Part shown: piece after piece, positions 40,110-47,850 of the stretch
How the letters are laid out: the number at the start of each line of letters is the position of its first letter
Numbering within the stretch: position 1 is the stretch's first letter
Source of the DNA: Gammaproteobacteria bacterium
Lineage (GTDB): Bacteria; Pseudomonadota; Gammaproteobacteria; Steroidobacterales; Rariloculaceae
Reading direction: 5' to 3'
Assembly (NCBI GenBank): GCA_022826245.1
Contig: JAJDVG010000037.1
Location: 7,470-71,469, forward strand
Length of the DNA: 64,000 bases
Notes under the pieces: model-generated
The model's input: only the letters and a program-made list of their open reading frames with translations
Told to the model about the DNA's origin: nothing
The model's database searches: none
Translations under genes and position numbers: made by a program

Positions 40110-41465
40110 ATGACCCGACTCGCAACCGCCTTCGCAAGCGCTTTGCTGTGCCTTGCGGCCTTGCAGGGATCGACCTCGCCGTCTGTCTATCCGACCGGTA
40201 CGACAATCTACGATCCGGAGCGTGCCTGGAACGGCTACACCGTGCTCTCGCCGCTTTCGGCCGGGGCCGCCGTCGTCATCGACATGAACGGCAACGTCGT
40301 CAAGCGCTGGGACGATTACAACAACGCGGCCGGGGGGCCTGCGCGGGTACTGCCGGGAGGCGGGATCGTCGCAGCCTCAGGCGCACGACCGCCGCACCAG
40401 GAAGCGCTCGAACTCGTGCAACGCGATTTCTACGGCGAGACGGTCTGGAGTTTCGGCCGGAACGAGCAGGTCGAAACACACGACGGCGAGACGGTCTGGT
40501 CGTCACGCCAGCACCATGACTGGCAGCGCGCCGACTTTCCGGCCGGCTACTACTCGCCCGAAGCCGAACCTGCAACGACGGGCGCCAACACACTCCTGCT
40601 GACCCACACCAACCGCGTCGAGCCCAACGTGTCCGACGTGCTGCTCGAGGACGACCGCATCATCGAGGTGTCGCCCGACGGCGAGATCGTCTGGGAATGG
40701 ATCGCGAGCGAACACATCGACGAACTGGGTTTCGACGCGGCGGCGCGTGCCACGATCGCCACGGCACCGGGCTTCAGCGCGGCGCGCGGCTCCTTCGACT
40801 GGCTGCACATCAACTCCGTGACCTACGTCGGACCCAACCGCTGGTTCGATGCGGGCGATCAACGGTTCGCGCCCGACAACGTGATCGTCAGCGGCCGTGA
40901 GGGCAACCTGATCGCCGTGATCGCGCGCGACGGATCGATCGTCTGGCGCCTCGGCCCTGAATTCGACGAATCCGAGGAACTGCTCGCCATCGGCCAGATC
41001 ATCGGCCAGCACAAGCCCCATATCATCCCGAAGGGTCTGCCCGGGGCCGGCAATGTGCTCGTCTTCGACAACGGCGGTGCGGCGGGCTACGGCGTTGCGA
41101 GCCCGGTTGCTCCGGACGGCGACAACATCTATGCACGGACGTCGTCGCGCGTGCTCGAAATCGATCCGCTGACGCTCGAACTCGTCTGGTCCTACGCGTC
41201 AGCCAGCTTCCTGAGTTGGAACATCAGCAGCGCGCAGCGGCTCGCCAACGGCAATACGCTCATCACCGAAGGCGCGAGCGGACGCCTCTTTGAGGTGACG
41301 AGCGACGGAGACATCGTATGGGAGTACATGTATCCGCACGATGAAGGGGGGCGCAACGACGTCTATCGGGGCTACCGCCTGCCCTACGGGTGGATCCCGC
41401 AACTCGACCGGCCGGAAGAACTCTCCGTGACGCCACCGCCGCCCGGTGAGTTCCGGGTACCGTAG
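40110..41465 (+). CDS. Secreted arylsulfotransferase (ASST)-family beta-propeller protein
   Basis: Signal peptide; FDWLHINSV, NVLVFDNG and repeated IVWEW/IVWEY blades typical of aryl-sulfate sulfotransferase-like proteins. CAGGAG lies before the ATG at 40110. Confidence 0.65.
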   Translation: MTRLATAFASALLCLAALQGSTSPSVYPTGTTIYDPERAWNGYTVLSPLSAGAAVVIDMNGNVVKRWDDYNNAAGGPARVLPGGGIVAASGARPPHQEALELVQRDFYGETVWSFGRNEQVETHDGETVWSSRQHHDWQRADFPAGYYSPEAEPATTGANTLLLTHTNRVEPNVSDVLLEDDRIIEVSPDGEIVWEWIASEHIDELGFDAAARATIATAPGFSAARGSFDWLHINSVTYVGPNRWFDAGDQRFAPDNVIVSGREGNLIAVIARDGSIVWRLGPEFDESEELLAIGQIIGQHKPHIIPKGLPGAGNVLVFDNGGAAGYGVASPVAPDGDNIYARTSSRVLEIDPLTLELVWSYASASFLSWNISSAQRLANGNTLITEGASGRLFEVTSDGDIVWEYMYPHDEGGRNDVYRGYRLPYGWIPQLDRPEELSVTPPPPGEFRVP

Positions 41466-41550
41466 CTTGCCGTTCGTTTGCGCTCGGGGGCGGGTGAACG
41501 ATGGTAGCGGAAACGAGGTCCGACCGCCTGTTCGTTAGTATTGGAGTGAC

Positions 41551-43164
41551 GTGAACTACGATCTCAGGACTTTCCGGGGCGATCTCTTCGGCGGTCTCAC
41601 CTCAACCGTCGTCGCGCTGCCCGTGGCACTGGCGTTCGGAATCGCGTCGGGCCTCGGGGCAGCCGCGGGCCTGTACGGCGCGATCGCTGTCGGCTTCTTC
41701 GCCTCGGCCTTCGGCGGCACCCGCTCGCAGATATCAGGTCCCACACCATCGATGACCGTCGCCATGGCGGTCATCGTCACGTCCCACGCGACGACGTTGA
41801 CCGAAGCCCTGACGGTGGTCGTCATGGGCGGCTTGCTCCAGGTGCTGCTCGGTCTCTTCAGGTTCGGCCGCTACATCGTCTATACGCCCCATGTCGTCAT
41901 CTCCGGGTTCATGTCGGGCATCGGCATCATCATCATGCTCATCCAGGTGTTGCCGTTCATCGGGGCGCCTACGTCTCCCGAGGGGCCCATGGGCGCAGTT
42001 CGCGACCTGCCGGCGGCGCTCGGCAACATCAACGCGAGCGCCGTGGCGATCGCCCTCGTGACGCTCGGGATCGGTATCGTCTGGCCGGCCCGGTTGTCGC
42101 GCCTGCTGCCGGCGCCGATCGTAGGCCTGATCGCGGGCACGCTGCTCGGCGTGCTGTGGCTCACCGATGCGCCGGTCATCGGCCAGATCCCGGCCGGACT
42201 GCCCGCGCTCCGGTTCGAGTTGCCCTCGTTCGCCTTCCTGATCGCCGCGATCCATCCTGCGATCATTCTTGCCCTGCTCGGCTCCGTCGACAGTCTGCTG
42301 ACTTCGCTGATCGCCGATTCGCTGACCGGAACGCGCCACAATCCGGACCGGGAACTCGTCGGGCAGGGGCTCGGCAACATGGTCGCGGGACTGTTCGGAG
42401 GGCTGCCCGGCGCGGGCGCCACGATGGGCACGGTGACCAATATCCGGGCCGGCGGCCGGACCCAGGTATCGGGGATCCTCAGGGCCGTCCTGCTGCTCGC
42501 CCTGCTGCTCGGACTCGGCCGGCTCGTCGAACCGATTCCCCATGCCGCACTTGCGGGGATCCTCATGAAAATCGGCTGGGACGTCATCGACTGGCGGATG
42601 CTCCGCCGCACGCACCGAATTCAGGCGCACTACATGTTCATCATGGTGACGACGCTGTCTCTGACCGTGTTCGTGGATCTCGTCACGGCCGTTGCCATCG
42701 GGCTCATCGCCGCGGGACTTGCCCATGCGCGGCAACTCGAGGGTCTGGAACTCGACAGCGTGGTCTCGGTACCGATGCTCGATCAGACGTTCTTTGCCGG
42801 CATGGAGCGGATGGCGAACGACGACCCGCTCGCGGCGCGAGTGGGCCTGGTGGCGCTGCGCGGAACCTTCACCGTGGCGTCGTCACACAAACTGGTCACG
42901 GTCATGAGCGTGGACATTCGCGATCACGATGTCGTCATCTTCGATTTCTCGGGAGCAACCCACCTGGACGACAGCGCGGCCATGGTCATAGAGCAACTCA
43001 TCGACGTAGCGCGCAGGGCGGACACCGAGATCATCATCATCGGGCTGTCGGGCACCGTGGGCCATACGCTCGAAACGCTCAACGTCCTGCGCAAGGTGCC
43101 GACGGAACGCATCGTCGACACGCTCGATGAGGCGCGGGAGATCGCCGCGGATCTGCTTGATTGA
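41551..43164 (+). CDS. SulP-family anion (sulfate/bicarbonate) transporter with C-terminal STAS domain
   Basis: DLFGGLTSTVVALPVALAFG, multiple TM helices, and a STAS-like C-terminus (VVIFDFSGATHLDDSA). Confidence 0.9.
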   Translation: MNYDLRTFRGDLFGGLTSTVVALPVALAFGIASGLGAAAGLYGAIAVGFFASAFGGTRSQISGPTPSMTVAMAVIVTSHATTLTEALTVVVMGGLLQVLLGLFRFGRYIVYTPHVVISGFMSGIGIIIMLIQVLPFIGAPTSPEGPMGAVRDLPAALGNINASAVAIALVTLGIGIVWPARLSRLLPAPIVGLIAGTLLGVLWLTDAPVIGQIPAGLPALRFELPSFAFLIAAIHPAIILALLGSVDSLLTSLIADSLTGTRHNPDRELVGQGLGNMVAGLFGGLPGAGATMGTVTNIRAGGRTQVSGILRAVLLLALLLGLGRLVEPIPHAALAGILMKIGWDVIDWRMLRRTHRIQAHYMFIMVTTLSLTVFVDLVTAVAIGLIAAGLAHARQLEGLELDSVVSVPMLDQTFFAGMERMANDDPLAARVGLVALRGTFTVASSHKLVTVMSVDIRDHDVVIFDFSGATHLDDSAAMVIEQLIDVARRADTEIIIIGLSGTVGHTLETLNVLRKVPTERIVDTLDEAREIAADLLD

Positions 43165-43197
43165 GCCGCACCCTGACCTGTCCAACGGCCGGGGCCG

Positions 43198-44211
43198 CTA
43201 TTGCCTGTCGGCGGGAAGCTCGCAGTTGAACGGCATGACCTGCTGGCCGGGAATCCAGGTCCAACGGACTTCCATGGGTACGGGTTCGGTGAAGTTCACC
43301 GGATCGACTACTTCTCCCTCCCAGACAAGATCCGTACCGTCCTCGCTCAGGATGAACCGTTCGTTGATGACCACATCCTCGCTTTGCGGCGTGCCGATGT
43401 CGTCGACGTAGCGCCAATCGATGTCCCGGGTTTCCACGACAAGCGTATTGCCCTCCCAACGACCGACGGAGCGCCCCATCCGCGGCTGCGACGGCTCCCC
43501 GTCGCCATCGAGATGGATCACCCGTTCGCCGTCCCACTCCTCCAGCCGCATGAGGATGGCCCCGCCCCGGTCTTCGAAGGACACGGGATACGGGTTGGCC
43601 ATGACGGTCGGCATCCCCGGCGGAATGCACTCGAGCGCCGGGTCCTCCTCCGGATCCCACAGGGCCTGAACGGCCCGCCCGGCCTCGGTCAGCGGATAGC
43701 CGGAACCGCCGTCCATGGACAGGGCATTCCTGAACGTAACCGGCACCCAGACCCGGAAGATGTCCGCACGCAAGGACGCGTCGGCAGTGTCGGCCTCGCG
43801 CTGCGCGTTCTCCGTGATGTTGTAGCGGCGGTCGGTCTCCGCCTGCAGGGCCACTTCCCGACCGTCGGGCAGGACGATCCCGGTCGCGAACATGGCCGTC
43901 AGTCCGTTGCGTCCCATGCTCCCGGAAACGGACACGCGGTCGCCTACAGCCAACAGATCCCTGGAGACGCCGAGGCGCACGACCGTATTGACCGAACCGA
44001 ACTCGATCTCCCACTCCTCGTCTTGCCCGCCTTCGCCGCTGCGGCTCAAGAGCAGGCGCACGTGGGGATTTCGCCAGAAGACGTCGGTGATCTCGCCCTC
44101 TATCGTCCCCTGGTCGTTGGGATCGTAGCGCCCGATCTCCGCGTGATGCGCCGTTGCAGCGATGGCCGCCAGGGAAGCCGCCAGAAGCAAGCCGATTTGA
44201 AGGCCGCGCAT
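43198..44211 (-). CDS. Secreted fusion protein: DUF6152-like N-domain plus partner-family C-domain (module copy 3)
   Basis: Signal peptide ATA|HH. N-terminal part: HHAEIGRYD...IEGEITDVFWRNPHVRLLL...VGDRVSVSG. C-terminal part: LECIPPGM, GRSVGRWEGNTLVVETRD, NERFIL, VVDPVNFTEP and NCE. Confidence 0.7.
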   Translation of the reverse strand: MRGLQIGLLLAASLAAIAATAHHAEIGRYDPNDQGTIEGEITDVFWRNPHVRLLLSRSGEGGQDEEWEIEFGSVNTVVRLGVSRDLLAVGDRVSVSGSMGRNGLTAMFATGIVLPDGREVALQAETDRRYNITENAQREADTADASLRADIFRVWVPVTFRNALSMDGGSGYPLTEAGRAVQALWDPEEDPALECIPPGMPTVMANPYPVSFEDRGGAILMRLEEWDGERVIHLDGDGEPSQPRMGRSVGRWEGNTLVVETRDIDWRYVDDIGTPQSEDVVINERFILSEDGTDLVWEGEVVDPVNFTEPVPMEVRWTWIPGQQVMPFNCELPADRQ

Positions 44212-44223
44212 GTTCGCTCCCGG

Positions 44224-44640
44224 CTACAGGCGAACGATCCGGCGGGAATTCATCGGCGCCAGAACGAACGATTCGAGCGAATCCGCGGTCAGTGGCAGAA
44301 AATCGCGTTGAGCGGCGAAGTAGAGCACGTTCTCGCCGAACATCCTGAGTTCGTACGCCCGCTGCCGGTCGATGAGGCCCGCAACGGGAGGCCGGACATC
44401 GGCGGTGCAAATGCCTTTCAATGACCGGTACCACAACGCGTCGGTACGCCCGCTGAACTCCACGACCGTTGCTCCCCGGACCCCGAGTTTCCCGGCAAAG
44501 GCCATGGATTCGGAGTGTTTGGGGTCCGCGAGTACGACCCAGCCGTTCAGGTCGTTCGTGCGCGCAGCCAATGTAGCCGGCACGGCGCCGAATGCCACCG
44601 AAAGGCCCGCGGATTTAATCAGGTCACGCCGAGTGAGCAT
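44224..44640 (-). CDS. Small Tat-signal protein of unknown function
   Basis: MLTRRDLIKSAGLSVAFGAVPATLAA twin-arginine motif; ends 12 nt upstream of the fusion gene. Confidence 0.55.
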   Translation of the reverse strand: MLTRRDLIKSAGLSVAFGAVPATLAARTNDLNGWVVLADPKHSESMAFAGKLGVRGATVVEFSGRTDALWYRSLKGICTADVRPPVAGLIDRQRAYELRMFGENVLYFAAQRDFLPLTADSLESFVLAPMNSRRIVRL

Positions 44641-44801
44641 GCGGTCACCTCAAGTTGTGTCCGCAGATCATACACGAAGGCCAGCTACGGATACGCCAGC
44701 GCGCGAACGATCTTGCAGTGCGGATTCCCGCCTGCGACACTCGGCCCCTGCCGGCGCGTGCGCCGTGCAGATTGGACGAATTCACTCGAAGGACGATTCC
44801 A

Positions 44802-46424
44802 ATGGCTCTACCACCCGGCTTGACCGAATCCCGGTTTTCCGAAGCGCTCGAGCAATTCGCCTCGGCCGTCGGCTCCGACTGGGTATTCAGCTCCGACGAA
44901 GATGTTGCGCTCTACCGGGACTCGTATTCGGTCTACTGGGGCGAAGAAGAAGAACGCGTCGCTTCTGCGGCCGTAGCGCCGGCCAACGTCGAACAAGTGC
45001 AACAGGTCGTGCGGATAGCCAATCGCTACGGGATACCGCTGTACCCGATCTCGACCGGCCGCAATCTGACCTACGGCGGTTCGGCGCCGACGCTGAGCGG
45101 AAGCGTCGTTGTCGATCTCAAGAGGATGAATCGCATCCTCAAGGTCGACGACGAACGCAATTTTGCCCTTGTGGAACCGGGCGTCTCGTACTACGACCTC
45201 TACAACTACATCCGGGACAACGATCTGAGGGTCATGCTCGACGTGCCCGACCCGGGCTGGGGCAGCCCCATCGGCAACAGCCTCGACCACGGCTGCGGGT
45301 ACACGCTGTCGCCGTTTCGGGATCACTTCGGATCGCACTGCGGCATGGAGGTGGTGACGCCCGAAGGCGATGTCGTTCGTACCGGCGCGGGCGCGGTGCC
45401 CGGCTCCGACGCCTGGCAGGACTTTCACTACGGCGCCGGCCCCACCATAAACGGCCTGTTCGCCCAGTCCAATTTCGGCATCGTCACGAAGATGGGTTTC
45501 TGGCTGATGCCGTTGCCGGAGGCTTTCCTGATCGGTACCGTGACCGTACCGCGCTACCGCGATTTCGCCGCGCTGATACGGGAAGCCAGCTATCTCGAGG
45601 ATTTGTACCTGATCGGCATGCCGTGGTACACGAGCCCGGCCAGTGGCGGCGCCTTCATCGGGACGCCGCCGGAGCTTGCCGCGCTCATGCAGGACGGCTG
45701 GCCGTCGACCGGTCAACTCGAGGAGTTCGTTCGCGCGAAGGGCGTTCCGGCCTGGTCGCTCGATCTGCGATTCTACGGACCCGAGGAAACGGTCCGCGCG
45801 AACTGGGCGGCGGCCCGACGGCGTCTCGCGGCCGCGATACCCGATGCCGCGTTCGAGGATCATGACCTGGTCGAATTGCCGATACCGCGTGACGAGGAAA
45901 CGAGCTTTTCACACAAACCGGAAGTGGGCATCCCGGCGCTCGACGCCTTCATGCTCGTTGCGCGGAACCCCGGGACGACAGACGACCCTCCGGACGGGCA
46001 TGCCGACTTCTTCGCCATGCTGCCGAGAACCGCCGACGCCGTTCACTCCGCGGCCCGGGTCTTTGCCGAAACGTACGCGGAAGTCGGGTTCCCGCCGTTG
46101 CACCATCCGTTCTCGATACCGGTCAGCTACTATTCCCGCTGCTTCATCATGGGCACGGTGGTGCCGACATGGCGAGATGCGGAGAGGAACGCGCGCTCGC
46201 GGACCCTCTACGAACGTCTCGTTGCGCGGTGCGGCGAGAACGGCTGGGGCTGCTACCGTACCGCGCCGGCGTTTCAGGACCTGGTAGTCAGCCAGTACTC
46301 CTTCAACGACAACGCACTGTTGAAGTTCCAGGAGAAGCTGAAGGACGGGATCGATCCCAACGGGATCATTTCTCCGGGCCGTTACGGCATCTGGCCTGCC
46401 AGCATGAGGAACAACCGCGCATGA
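44802..46424 (+). CDS. FAD-linked oxidase of the VAO/PCMH family (4-cresol dehydrogenase / eugenol hydroxylase-like flavoprotein subunit)
   Basis: PCMH-type FAD-binding domain (IPLYPISTGRNLTYGG, VVDLKRMNRIL, EPGVSYYDLY) and C-terminal DPNGIISPGRYGIW. No signal peptide. Confidence 0.8.
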   Translation: MALPPGLTESRFSEALEQFASAVGSDWVFSSDEDVALYRDSYSVYWGEEEERVASAAVAPANVEQVQQVVRIANRYGIPLYPISTGRNLTYGGSAPTLSGSVVVDLKRMNRILKVDDERNFALVEPGVSYYDLYNYIRDNDLRVMLDVPDPGWGSPIGNSLDHGCGYTLSPFRDHFGSHCGMEVVTPEGDVVRTGAGAVPGSDAWQDFHYGAGPTINGLFAQSNFGIVTKMGFWLMPLPEAFLIGTVTVPRYRDFAALIREASYLEDLYLIGMPWYTSPASGGAFIGTPPELAALMQDGWPSTGQLEEFVRAKGVPAWSLDLRFYGPEETVRANWAAARRRLAAAIPDAAFEDHDLVELPIPRDEETSFSHKPEVGIPALDAFMLVARNPGTTDDPPDGHADFFAMLPRTADAVHSAARVFAETYAEVGFPPLHHPFSIPVSYYSRCFIMGTVVPTWRDAERNARSRTLYERLVARCGENGWGCYRTAPAFQDLVVSQYSFNDNALLKFQEKLKDGIDPNGIISPGRYGIWPASMRNNRA

Positions 46425-46786
46425 AACGGAGCCTTCTACTGCTTGTCCTTCTCGCCGCCTCCCAGGGTGCGCTTGCGCAGACCACGCCTTCGGCCGAGAA
46501 CGGCAGGACCGTATTCGCGAAGTGGTGTACACCCTGTCATGGCGCCGACATCGTCACGGGAGAACTCTGGGGGCGCGCCCCGGCTCCGGGCACCGCGGCG
46601 CTGCAGCTCAAGTACAGGGGCGAGCTGCCGGCAGTACTCGAGGAACGAACCGACCTCACTGGGGAGTTCATCGAGACCGTTGTTCGGGGCGGCCTGTTCG
46701 GAATGCCGATCACCAGGAAGACCGAAATCAGCGACTCCGAACTGGAAGACATCATCGCCTATCTGACGAAGGGCGACGCGGGCTGA
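46421..46786 (+). CDS. Class I c-type cytochrome (flavocytochrome c small subunit-like)
   Basis: Sec signal peptide, CTPCH heme motif, distal Met (GLFGMP). The ATG overlaps the flavoprotein stop (ATGA). Confidence 0.8.
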   Translation: MKRSLLLLVLLAASQGALAQTTPSAENGRTVFAKWCTPCHGADIVTGELWGRAPAPGTAALQLKYRGELPAVLEERTDLTGEFIETVVRGGLFGMPITRKTEISDSELEDIIAYLTKGDAG

Positions 46787-46856
46787 GCGGGTTGGGCGGC
46801 TGCAACCGCAGGGGCGGCTCCGCAGGCTGGTAAGCTGCTGCGCGCTGAATACCTCG

Positions 46857-47825
46857 TTACTGCAGGTTTTCCGCCAGCGTGACGTGACGGTCGAGCGCTT
46901 CGGCTTCGAGCAGGTCTGCCTGCCTGGCGATCCAGAGACCGACATTGCGGTGGGGTAACAGGCCGGTCTGATCGGCCCGATAGTCCAGATCGCCCAGCAC
47001 GCGGCCGTACGGACCGAATCCCTGAACGCGGTACGGGATCACGATCGGAGTCAGCCCTTGCGAATTCGCCTGAGCGACGTAGTCGCGAATTTCCTGCTCC
47101 GCCGCGTTCCTGCGGTCCGGCCAATCCTCCCGCAAGGTGAAAACGCGGATATCCCTCGGGCCCAGAGCTTCACGTGCGTCACCCGTCCGCTCGGTGATCT
47201 TTGCGATCCAGCGCTCGTTCTCGGCGTCATCGCCCGGACCATGAGCGATCACGGCAACGACTTCGTTCGCCGGATCTGAACTGAGTGCGCGAATGCGAGC
47301 GGTCACCACTTCGTCCATTTCAACGGCATCGGCCAGACCGTCACCGCTGACATGGAACGCCAAATCCGTATCGACTTTCCAGAACCCCATGGGCATCGGC
47401 ATGTTGGCGGCTTCCGCAGACGAGTGGTCGTGCTCGCCCCTGGGCGGGGCGCCATCCTGAACGCCGAGAATCTGCAGCGTCCGGTCGTACCAGCTCTCGC
47501 CGGAGATGAACACGCGCACGACACCGACGTGACTGACGCCTCGGGATTCGAGCCTGCGAACGGCCGCTTCCATGGAACCGGCATCTGCCATCCCCAACGC
47601 CACTTCCACGGGAACGCTCTCCTGCAGCGGTTCTACCGCCTCCACCAGGTGCGCGTTCCATTCATCGCTGCCGCCATGCGCCATGACCATCACGCCGAAG
47701 TTGAATTCTTCGCCGGAGTTCCGGCTTTCCAGGACGGCAGTCGACGCGCATGCCGAAAGGGCCAGGCCAATCGCGCAAGTCGAAATCAAACGGGTCGACC
47801 GAGTCGCATATTCATGAATTCTCAT
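46857..47825 (-). CDS. CbiX/SirB-like double-domain protein with lipoprotein signal
   Basis: Lipobox LALSAC. Two chelatase-like halves: GVMVMAHGGSDEWN and VVAVIAHGPGDDAE. Confidence 0.6.
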   Translation of the reverse strand: MRIHEYATRSTRLISTCAIGLALSACASTAVLESRNSGEEFNFGVMVMAHGGSDEWNAHLVEAVEPLQESVPVEVALGMADAGSMEAAVRRLESRGVSHVGVVRVFISGESWYDRTLQILGVQDGAPPRGEHDHSSAEAANMPMPMGFWKVDTDLAFHVSGDGLADAVEMDEVVTARIRALSSDPANEVVAVIAHGPGDDAENERWIAKITERTGDAREALGPRDIRVFTLREDWPDRRNAAEQEIRDYVAQANSQGLTPIVIPYRVQGFGPYGRVLGDLDYRADQTGLLPHRNVGLWIARQADLLEAEALDRHVTLAENLQ

Positions 47826-47850
47826 CGTTATTTCCCGTATGCGGATCGAG

